From: Octopus bimaculoides
Taxonomy: Eukaryota
Assembly: GCF_001194135.2 (NCBI RefSeq)
Contig: NC_068991.1
Span: 65,969,621-66,033,620 of the forward strand
Direction: 5' to 3'
Length of the DNA: 64,000 nucleotides
The position numbers and the translations under genes are program-made. This document shows, piece by piece, positions 53,927-64,000 of the stretch (position 1 is its first letter; the number at the start of each line of letters is the position of its first letter). Below the pieces are notes generated by a model. It was not told where the DNA came from. It saw only the letters and a program-made list of their open reading frames with translations, and made no database searches.

Positions 53927-56490
53927 GTAAGTTGTACCGCTTTCTCATTCATATACACCTCTCTCTTTGCCAGCTTACCAGCTACACCTGTCATCATCAT
54001 CATCATCGTTTAACGTCCGCTTTCCATGCTAGCATGGGTTGGACGATTTGACTGAGGACTGGTGAAACCGGATGGCAACACCAGGCTCGTATTTGCATTT
54101 TTATAGTTAAAAAGACTGACAACAATCAGTAAATTATACTTCTCATTCATCATCATCACATTCATTATTGTTTTAATGTCCTATTTTCCATGCTTGCACC
54201 GGTTAGGTGGAGTTTGTTGAGGCAGGTTTTCTATGGCTAGATGCTCTTCCTGTCACTAACCATCACTTGCTAAAATGGTGCATAATGGGAAAATTCTCTG
54301 ACAATAACTTAATCCTGAAAGGGAAGAAACTCTTACCTTTCAATTAGACACAGTGACTTGGCAACAAAAAATATGATTTGTTTTTTACAGTAAATGTTTC
54401 TCTTTTTGCCTTTGTTAAACACTAATTTAATCATTCAGAAATATTTTTAAGTGAGTGTGATTTCAAAAATGTAAGTTGTTTGTACAGTAAGTATTTATAT
54501 TTTAGCTTTCTTTAAACAGACAATAGTTTAATGTTTTTAAAATTATTTTCAAGTGAATACCATTACAAAAATTTTTTTGGCATATTTAAAAAATATTTTA
54601 AAATGAAAATAACTTTAAAAATATGGCAAATATTTCATAAAAGACCCGTTCATAACCTCAGTCTAAAATAATTTTTTTCCATAGTTTTTTTTTTAGTGCA
54701 TTCAATGTATCTCATCTCCTAAGATTTGGCTGCTATTTCTAGCACACCCTCCTACCACGTAACAGCTATTTGTGATAAAGGACCCGAAATACCTATTATG
54801 TGGTAGCAGGGCGTGCAAGAAATAGCAGCCAAATCTTTCCTTTTCTGGGGAAAGGAGCCATTTACATGTGATTTCAATGTCACATTGAAAATAATCATAT
54901 ACATTTTGCAAAGACCTCCATACATACTTCCTCTCATACTTCCTTTCATTCTTATTTATTGAGTCATTAAACTGAAATTTCAGTTTCTAAATTTAGTTTG
55001 CTGTGTAATCCAATTCTCATTGCCAAGCTTGAATTCATAGACACCAAGTTAAATACCAAGTGTCCTACTATATCATGTTACCTAAAACCTGTACACTTTT
55101 CTCATAGGGAATTCTATTAAGTCCCACTTTGGCATCACTTCGAATCTTTTTTATGTGCATATGCAGTCTTTTATTCTTGTGTTTTTTTTTACTTGTTTCA
55201 GTTAATAGACTGTGGCCATGCTAGAACATGGGCTTATTTCCATTTTTTAAGCCTGGTACTTATTCTATCAGTCTCTTTAGCTGAACCACTAGGTTGCAAG
55301 GATATAAACACACTGACACGGTGGGTGGACAAGCACATATTCAAAGGCATGCGCGCGCACAAACACACACACACATCATACACAAACACATGCACACGCA
55401 CACATTATACGATGGGCTTCTTTCAGTTTCCATCTACCAAATCCACTCACAAGGCTTTAGTCAGCTCAGAGCTATAGTTAAAGGTACTTGCACAAGGAGA
55501 TACAGTAGGACTGAACCGGGAGCCATGAGGTTGGGAAGCAAACAACTTCTTACCACACAGTCATGCTTGTGCTTATATNNNNNNNNNNNNNNNNNNNNNN
55601 NNNNNNNNNNNNNNNNNNNNNNNNNNNNNNNNNNNNNNNNNNNNNNNNNNNNNNNNNNNNNNNNNNNNNNNNNNNNNNNNNNNNNNNNNNNNNNNNNNNN
55701 NNNNNNNNNNNNNNNNNNNNNNNNNNNNNNNNNNNNNNNNNNNNNNNNNNNNNNNNNNNNNNNNNNNNNNNNNNNNNNNNNNNNNNNNNNNNNNNNNNNN
55801 NNNNNNNNNNNNNNNNNNNNNNNNNNNNNNNNNNNNNNNNNGAAAACTTTGACAAAACAGATAGTGAAGTCTGGTGCAATCTTCTGGTTAGCCAGCCATG
55901 GTCAAACCATCCAAGCCATGCCAGCATGGACAATGGACATTAGATGATGATGATAACACATATGTCTACATACATACATATATACATATGTATGTATGTA
56001 TGTATGTATATATATTTGAAAAGATCTGTAGAGGTAAAACATGAGTAAGTAGATATTTATGAAAAACAAGAACGAAAATGCTACTTTCTTAAAATTGGGT
56101 ACATTTTAATTTTCCTTTTACATGCTTCGGTTTTTTGAAAAACCTTATCAAAAATATGTACCAAAATGGAATATGTAAAGGGAAAAGCACTATTAAAAGA
56201 AATGTAAATTTGAATTAAAATTAAGATTAACATTCATAGTTTATTTTACTTTTTCCTGCAAGAACATGTGGTAATATCGTTTGGTTCTGGTAGCATAAGT
56301 TCAACTGACTGTGACCACAAATTAGTACTTTCTTTGTAAATTGAATAGTGTGGTCAAGATTTGTATTCTTAGGAGTGGCCACTCCTAAGAAAACAAATCT
56401 TGACTACACTATTCTAACAAAACTGTCCGTTGAATGGGAACGTGAAACTCCAAGTAACAGTTTTTTGTTATATCTCTGCTGCTTTTAAAT

Positions 56491-56530
<40 letters not shown>

Positions 56531-56704
56531 TATATATGTATGCATGTTATATGTATGTATGCACATATACGTGTATACATACACATAATGTATTTTTATG
56601 TCTGTGTTTGAATGCTAGATGGTGAGGCATTATTGTTTATTTCATCCACAGTGTGTATATAGTGGGTGTGTATCATTGTGTGGGTGTGCAACTGTGTGTC
56701 TCAG

Positions 56705-56749
<45 letters not shown>

Positions 56750-57225
56750 GTTGGCGTTAGGAAGGGCATCCAGCTGTAGAAACTCTGCCAAATCAGACTG
56801 GAGCCTGGTGTTGCCATCCGGTTTCACCAGTCCTCAGTCAAATCGTCCAACCCATGCTAGCATGGAAAGCGGACGTTAAACGATGATGATGATGATGATA
56901 CATAATGACATTATGTTTAACATGTTGAATAATTGATAAGAGAAAAAATTATCCTCAACAATGTTTATTAGCAGCATTAAATATTTTTAATATACACAAT
57001 GTGCATCTTTTCGTATTCCTGCCTTGCATATGTAAAAAATCAAATAATGAAATTGTCAAAACATGTGTCTGGAATTATCCCATAGAAGTCGAGGGCATAG
57101 TCTCTTGTTGCAGAGAGAAACTCCCTTAAAGAGGAAGTTGAGGGTTTAGGATTATTGCATCAAACATGCTGTGCTAAGGTATGGGCATGCTAGGCAGTTA
57201 GTTGCCCAAGGGCCACAAAAATCTA

Positions 57226-57790
57226 GGGGCATAATTCTGATCTATGTATGCTGTGACTTGATGCTAATAAATATTTGTTGGGTCCAGTACATTGATTTGC
57301 CAGTGGGGCTCATGGGTTTAGGGGCCTAATTCTAATCTATGTATGCTGTAGTTTGCTGTCAATAAATACATTTTATAGGGCCTAGTGCACTGATATGCCT
57401 AGGGGCTTCGTGGGTCTAGGGGCCAGCTGTAAGCTATGTATGATGTGGCTTGCTGTCAATAAACTTATACTATAGGGTCCAATACATTGATTTTTCCCAG
57501 GGTCCTCGTTGGTCTAGAGGCCCATCTTTGACCTATGTATGTTGTAGCTTGCTGTTAATAAATATATATTCTATGGAGTCCTGTGCATTGATTTGCCTGG
57601 GAGCCTCACAGGTCTTGTGGGGCCCAGTTCTGATCTAAGTATGTTGTGGTTTCCTGTTAATAAATAAATATTATAGGGTCTAGTGCTCAGAGACTTCATG
57701 GGTCTAGGGGCCCAATTCTGATTTATATATGTTGTAGTTTTCTAGCAATAAATATATACTAAAAGGCCCAGTGCATTTATTTTCCAGGGG
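57226..57790. repeat. Degenerate minisatellite, ~98-bp unit x ~6, in the K2P P1 intron
   Basis: Units start near 57226, 57321, 57419, 57517, 57617 and 57708 (GGGCCCAATTCTGATCTATGTATG.TGTAG.TTGCTG..AATAAATA...GGGTCCAGTGCATTGATTT...GGGTCTAG). Confidence 0.85.
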
Positions 57791-58840
57791 TCTATAATGC
57801 TGTTAAGACACAGCTTTTGAACACAATAAATAGACTCCTTATACAGAACTGAACTATGGGTTTCTTATAAACCCACCAAAAGGCTCTGGAATATTCCATG
57901 ACACCTTCAGGTGTAAAAATTTAACTTTTCTTTTTGTCTATTAATGCCAATCAAAGATGATTGGCTGGAGAAATTATCATAGAATTCAAGAATATAACCA
58001 AATTAACTCATGGCTGTGTGGTCGTTTTGCAGCAACGTAGTTTTGGATTCAGTCCCACTACATAGTACTTGAGCCAAATGTCTCTTACTTAAGTAATGGG
58101 CCACCCATTGTCTTGTGAATTAATTTGTTAGATGGAAACTGTGTGGAATCCCATTGTGTATATATGTGTGTGTTGTTGCGCTTGTTTATGCTCCACCACT
58201 GCCGCTGCTGCCACTGCTTAGCAACCAATGCTGTTTTGCATATGTCCCCCCCCCCATAACTTAGCAGTTTCAGCAATAGAATAAAGAAACAGACTTCAAG
58301 GCATGCACACACATACACACGCACACACACACATGCACATGCACACATACACACACATGTACAACAGGGCTTCTTTCAGTTTCCATCTAGCAAATCCACT
58401 CACAAAGCTTTGGTCAGCCTGAGGCTATGATAGAAGACACTTGTTCAAGGTGCCACACAGTGACACAGTGGGACATTGCATTATTTTAACATCTTAAGAC
58501 AGCAAACTGGCAGAATCGTTAGCACACTGGACAAAATGCTTATTGCTCTTTTGCCTGTCACTACGCTCTGGGTTCAAATTCCGCCGAGGTTGACTTTGCC
58601 TTTCAGCCTTCCAGGGTCGATAAATTAAGTACCAGTTGAGTACTGGGGTCAATGTAATCAACTTACCCCGCCCCCAAATTTCAGGCCTTGTGCCTTTAGT
58701 AGAAAGGATCATTTTTAATGTCTTGTTTTATTTATTTTTGTTGTTTCTTCTTCCCCTTTCTTTCCTTCATCTCAAATACAGAATTGTTTTTTTCTCCTAA
58801 TTCATTTAATATTTTGTCTCTTTTCTTCTTTTCCTTGTAG

Positions 58841-59173
58841 GTTATGGCGTCATGGCTCCTGTGACAGATGCCGGCAAAATTGTGGTGATCATATATGCTC
58901 TGATAGGCATCCCGTTGACTCTTGTCATGTTGGGACATGTCGGAGACAAGCTGAAGGATGTTGCTAACAAAATCAACAACTTGAGCCTTTTTTCGCGTAA
59001 ACCAATCATTAACAAAGCCGCAAACATGGCCATTATCATTATTCTGGGGTTGACGTTACTGTTTGTAGCTCCTGCGCTTATTTTTCAAGCGGTGGAAAAA
59101 TGGACGATCTTAGATGCTATATATTTCTGTTTTATCACTCTTAGTACCATTGGCTTTGGGGATTATGTTGTTG
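58841..59173 (+). CDS. K2P potassium channel exon: end of P1, M2, M3, P2
   Basis: Polypyrimidine tract plus ttgtAG (58839-40) and donor G|GTAAG (59174). Translates (G)YGVMAPVTDAGKIVVIIYALIGIPLTLVMLG...KWTILDAIYFCFITLSTIGFGDYVV(G). It has the GIP motif of M2 and the TIGFGD P2 filter, and joins in frame to the previous exon (TTIG|YG). Confidence 0.96.
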
Positions 59174-60034
59174 GTAAGTTCCTCTTGTTGTTGTTGTTGT
59201 TGTTGTTGTTGATGTTATTGCTGTAGTGGTGGTGGAAGTGGTGTCGACAGTTGCGGCTACAGTGGCAGTAGCAGCAGCGGTGGTGATGGTGGCAGTGGCA
59301 GTGGCAGCAGTGATGGTGGTTGTGATGGTAGCATGGTAGTGGTGATGGTGGTGGCAGTGGTGGAGAAGGCNNNNNNNNNNNNNNNNNNNNNNNNNNNNNN
59401 NNNNNNNNNNNNNNNNNNNNNNNNNNNNNNNNNNNNNNNNNNNNNNNNNNNNNNNNNNNNNNNNNNNNNNNNNNNNNNNNNNNNNNNNNNNNNNNNNNNN
59501 NNNNNNNNNNNNNNNNNNNNNNNNNNNNNNNNNNNNNNNNNNNNNNNNNNNNNNNNNNNNNNNNNNNNNNNNNNNNNNNNNNNNNNNNNNNNNNNNNNNN
59601 NNNNNNNNNNNNNNNNNNNNNNNNNNNNNNNNNNNNNNNNNNNNNNNNNNNNNNNNNNNNNNNNNNNNNNNNNNNNNNNNNNNNNNNNNNNNNNNNNNNN
59701 NNNNNNNNNNNNNNNNNNNNNNNNNNNNNNNNNNNNNNNNNNNNNNNNNNNNNNNNNNNNNNNNNNNNNNNNNNNNNNNNNNNNNNNNNNNNNNNNNNNN
59801 NNNNNNNNNNNNNNNNNNNNNNNNNNNNNNNNNNNNNNNNNNNNNNNNNNNNNNNNNNNNNNNNNNNNNNNNNNNNNNNNNNNNNNNNNNNNNNNNNNNN
59901 NNNNNNNNNNNNNNNNNNNNNNNNNNNNNNNNNNNNNNNNNNNNNNNNNNNNNNNNNNNNNNNNNNNNNNNNNNNNNNNNNNNNNNNNNNNNNNNNNNNN
60001 NNNNNNNNNNNNNNATGTAAATAAACCCCAGTCA

Positions 60035-60347
60035 ATTATAACAGTTCTATATTTAAGAGATGAGGAATTATGTACATTATTTACATTATTTACATTTGAC
60101 GGATATTTGTCCACGGGCATATGGCGTAGTGGTTAAGAGCGCGGGCTACTAACCCCAAGATTCTGAGTTCAATTCCAGGCAGTGACCTGAATAATAATAA
60201 TAATAATAACATTGAAAAGTACCTTAGGAATGAGAACCCAAGTTCGAAATTTCCCCAAGACACCTGATGAAGGCTGGAGGGTATATCAGCTGAAACGTTG
60301 TGTTAACAACAAACAAGATGAGGACAAATATCTGTCAAATGTAAATA
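60035..60347 (+). mobile_element. tRNA-headed, hammerhead-containing non-autonomous retroelement (SINE/retrozyme-like, Penelope-type ends)
   Basis: tRNA-like head ~60115-60188 (A box TGGCGTAGTGG, B box GAGTTCAATTCC), internal (AAT)n and hammerhead at 60259-60304. A 36-nt inverted repeat (60077-60112 vs 60322-60357) has 1 mismatch. An imperfect flanking direct repeat ATGTAAATAA(AC)CCCAGTCA lies at 60015-60034 and 60348-60365. Confidence 0.7.
60259..60304 (+). ncRNA. Putative minimal type I hammerhead ribozyme (Penelope-type, dimer-dependent)
   Basis: GACAC-CTGATGA-A-GGCTG(gagggtatat)CAGCT-GAA-ACGT-T-GTGTT. Core boxes are CUGAUGA (60264-70) and GAAA (60292-95). Stem I is GACAC/GTGTT, stem II is GGCTG/CAGCT (one G.U) and stem III is reduced to palindromic ACGU. 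Predicted cleavage is after GUU at 60299. Confidence 0.7.
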
Positions 60348-60580
60348 ATGTAAATAACCCAGTCATCTAAGTTGGCCTTTCGCATGCTGTAGGCACTTCT
60401 CTGGAACATAATGTAAGTTGTAGCGTACCTAAACCCTATGCAACCAGCTCATCATGTAGATAGTATGTAAATTATTATAAACAAGATCTGTTTCACCCAA
60501 TAACATTCAGATTACTCTGTCAAATATTCTGCTTATTTATTCATATTGTTTTGATTCAATCATACAATATATGTAGCTTT

Positions 60581-60796
60581 GAAAGGTGGCGAGCTGGCAG
60601 AAACGTTAGCACACCGGGCGAAATGCTTAGCGGTATTTTGTCTGTCTTTACGTTCTGAGTTCAAATTCTGCCGGGGTCGACTTTACCTTTCATCCTTTCG
60701 GGGTTGATAAATTAAGTACCAGTTGCGTACTGGGGTCGATCTAATCGACTGGTCGTCTCTCCAAAAATTTCGGGCCTTGTGCTTAGAGTAGAAAAG
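60581..60796 (+). mobile_element. tRNA-derived SINE 'family B' with 15-bp TSD, inserted in a piggyBac-like MITE in a K2P intron
   Basis: AAGGTGGCGAGCTGGCAGAAACGTTAGC...CTGAGTTCAAATTC...CTTTCATCCTTTCGGGGTTGATAAATTAAGTACCAG. TSD AATATATGTAGCTTT at 60566-80 and 60797-60811. Confidence 0.9.
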
Positions 60797-60984
60797 AATA
60801 TATGTAGCTTTTAGGTTTTGATGATGTGATCATTTATTTCTAGAATGACATTGCAGGGTAAGTGTGAGAGGCCTGATCTGGTCAGTTTGAACATAAAACA
60901 AAATATTTAGGATTGATATGGCCGGTTTAAATGCTAATGGGTTAATGCTTTGAATAATTTTCTTTTCTTTTTTGCCTTTAACAG

Positions 60985-61154
60985 GGATTGGAGAGAAAAG
61001 TGAGACTGACGAAGCTAGCACTAATGTTTACCGAATTGTCACTTATGCTTGGATTGTCATTGGTTTGGCTTATATTGCTCTTATTATCAACTATATCAGT
61101 AGTACGTTGGCAAAGAAGGGACAACAAGTACAGAAACATGTGAAAAGACTTGAG
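60985..61154 (+). CDS. K2P potassium channel exon: post-P2 loop, M4 and proximal C-terminus
   Basis: Acceptor cctttaacAG (60983-84) and donor GAG|GTAAGA (61155). Translates (G)IGEKSETDEASTNVYRIVTYAWIVIGLAYIALIINYISSTLAKKGQQVQKHVKRLE, with the K2P M4 signature Y...W...GLAY. Phase matches the previous exon (1+165+333+170 nt = 223 codons). Confidence 0.92.
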
Positions 61155-62384
61155 GTAAGATCTTTACCATTGTTTTATTATTATTGATAATGATATTATT
61201 AAGATGGTGAACTGATAGAATTGGTATAGTGCACAGGAGAAAAAGCATAGTGACATTTCCATTGGTTTTATGTTCTAAGGTTGACTGTGCCTTTCATCTT
61301 TTTAGGGTCGATAAAATAAGAACCGGTTGAGCACTGGAGTCATGGTAATTGACTTACCCCATTCCCCAAAATTGCTGTCCTTGTGCCAAATTTTGAAATT
61401 TTAATTATTATTGAGTTAGAGAGCATCATATGCCATCAAAGTGACACAAGAAGTTTGCTTCCGTGTAGTCTTGGATTCAGTCCCACTTGAGCAAGTGTGA
61501 TCTACTATAGCCCAAGTGGATTTAGCCAAAAGAAACTAAAGAAGTGTATCATACACCATTATCATAATCACATCATCATTTAATGTCCTTTTGTCCATGC
61601 TGGCATGGGTTGGATGGTTCAAGAAGAACTGATAATCCAGAGGGCTCCACCAGGTTCTATGTCTGCTTTGGCACAAACCCAGGACCTCAAGATTGCTGAA
61701 CAAACATCTTACCCCATTGGCCATACTTGCATCAATGTATATATAATATTTTGGTATATAAAACTTATTAGAACTTGAATATTACTGACAGAACACTTCC
61801 TTATTTGGCAGTTTCCTTAACTCATCCATCTTTTTACTTTTTTGCTGTGTTTATATTTCTCTGACCCTACTTCCAACTAAATTTTTCCAACGATAACTAT
61901 TATTTTTTGCTATTTAATATTCGTTATATTCTTTAACTGTTTCTATTCAAGCACTCATTTGACAAGATTTCAAGTTCGAAATATACTGTAGTTTGTAACA
62001 AAATTATTAAATAAATAATAATTCACAGGGTTTTAACATCTTTTAATTGATGGTAGCTACAAACGGTATCACTAGCTTTTCAAATTCAACCTCCTTACCA
62101 ACAACCAGCATGTAGCTTTCAATTATTATCTATCAATATTACCTCCTCTATCAATCTGCCAAGGTCAACCTTACCTTTCATACTTTCGGGGTTGATAAAA
62201 TAAGTACCATTTGTTGATTACTGAGCTTGATGTAATTAACTTACTCTCACCCACAAATTACAGGCTTTGTTCCAAAATTTGGAACCATTATTACCTCCTT
62301 TATCACTCTCTTGCCTTCCATCACTCTATTTTGCCCTTCGTAATTTCTCCCCTTGCACCTTCTTAGCAAAGATGCTTGGTCTAG

Positions 62385-62640
62385 TGATTAGGGTGTTGCA
62401 CTGATGAATAGAATCTCATAGTTCTGATTCCTGGACCAGGCTGTGTGTTTGTCCTTGAGGCAAATACTTCATTTTATCTTGCTCCAGTCCACTCAGCTGT
62501 AAATGAATTCCAGCAATAACTGGGAAGTTAATTCTGCAATGGACTGGTGTCCCATCCAGGGGAGTTGTTATCTCTGTCACTTTTATACCATGGAAACTGG
62601 ATTAAGTTCTGGCATTGTGAGTCCTAAGACTCCTGAAATA
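62385..62640 (+). mobile_element. Older tRNA-derived SINE
   Basis: Degenerate A/B boxes (tggtctagtg, gttctgattcc) and core gctccagtccactcagctg shared with the SINEs at 28834 and 51700. Confidence 0.55.
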
Positions 62641-63458
62641 CTTAAGCACCCTCTTGCTACCATTGTCTCATCTTCATCACTTTCTCTTGCATTCACCTCT
62701 TTTGTGATGTTGCCTTGAACAAACAGAAACAACATGGGTTAGTGAGGACTCGGCTGTCCCTCCACCATTTTTTGCTGTTTTGCTTCTAAGACATAGAAAT
62801 AGAAGCAGTGAACAAATTCATTGAAGTATACCTTTCACCTTTACAAAAACTTTACCAATGCCAAGGGGTCAGATTGGAGAAATAAAGGTTATTATTATGA
62901 CGATTAGGGATAAATTCTGATAGTGTTGTTCTTGTAATGCCATTTCAGTCTGCTGCATTACCATTTCTGTTCCGTTGGAAAACTTCCAATTTTCTTAATA
63001 AATAGAGATTTTGTTTTTTAATTGTTTCCTGCTTTTTGTTTGTTTGTAATTGTTGTTGCAGAAGTGTCTGTTGTAATATTTAAACACCAACAACTTCCTT
63101 GAAGTGCACCTACTTAACGGATGTTAACATCTTAAAAAAAAAAGATGACGGTGATGGTGGTGGTGGTGGAGGGGGCTAGAGATGGTAGCAGTCATGATGG
63201 TGGTGGTGGTGGCAGTGTTGCTGTTGCTGCTGCTACTGCTGGTGGCAGTGGTCAAAATGTGATGGTCATGATGGTGGTGGTGGTGGTGGTTATTGCAATG
63301 GTTATTGTGGTTGTGGTTGTGATGGGGGGAAGGAAGCGATGATGATGATAGTGTTGATGGTAGTAATGGTGGTGGTGGTGGAATGAAGAGGAGGAAAACA
63401 ATGATGACGACAGTGACAATGACACATAAGCAGTTAATGATACAATTTNNNNNNNNNN

Positions 63459-63528
<70 letters not shown>

Positions 63529-64000
63529 ATGCACGCATGCACACACAAACACACATGCACGCATGTACACACACATGCTTGTGCACACACACACACACAT
63601 ACACACTCACACATGTACCCTCTTAATGAAGGTTGTTTTCCCATGAAAATATCTTTTGAAATTGCTAGTAAGAAGCAAAGTGTATGAGATAGATAGATAG
63701 ACAGACAGACAGATAGACAGGCAGATAGATAGACAGACAGACTGATAGATGGATGGATAGATAGACAAATAAATAGATAGATAGATAGATACATACATAC
63801 ATAGATACATAAATAGGTAGGTAGATAGGTAGATAGATAGATGGATAGATAGATTAAGGCGGCGAGCTGGAAGAAACGTTAGCATGTTGGATGAAATGCT
63901 TAGTGGTATTTCGTCTGCCACTACATTCTGAGTTCAAATTCTGCCGAGGTCAACTTTGCCTTTCATCCTTTCGGGGTTGATTAAATAAGTACCAGTTACG

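Noticed and set aside
57226-57790. Regularly spaced repeats as a CRISPR-like array
   Set aside because: Whole units are homologous with no unique spacers, and the DNA is eukaryotic with no cas genes.
786-60136. Long ORFs in the track filled with X (e.g. 786-1553, 13945-14850, 49336-50284, 59163-60136)
   Set aside because: They are open only because N gaps contain no stop codons.
60115-60188. tRNA-like sequence with an apparent ACT anticodon loop
   Set aside because: Acceptor and T stems pair poorly and it is embedded in a repeat with flanking direct repeats; treated as a SINE head, not a tRNA gene.

Overview
AT-rich animal genomic DNA from a gapped draft scaffold with many N-runs. The microsatellite density and SINE/RTE/MITE repertoire look cephalopod (Octopus-like); this is an inference. 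The only host coding sequence I can support is three + strand exons of a two-pore-domain K+ channel (K2P/KCNK, TREK/TALK-like) at 53762-53926, 58841-59173 and 60985-61154. They splice in frame to cap-P1-M2-M3-P2-M4; the M1 and C-terminal exons were not found. The rest is intronic or intergenic repeat: several tRNA-derived SINE families, RTE and R4/Dong LINE fragments, a decayed Penelope-like fragment, a mariner fossil and hAT-, piggyBac-, Tc1/mariner- and Merlin-like MITEs. The best candidate for something new is a ~310-bp element in a K2P intron (60035-60347). It joins a tRNA-derived Pol III head to a minimal type I hammerhead ribozyme fold and has a Penelope-style inverted end, so it may be a retrozyme-like SINE. 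Other leads are a MITE whose arms are built from telomeric TTAGGG repeats, a hairpin with 275-bp arms, and a 573-bp inverted duplication 19 kb apart.
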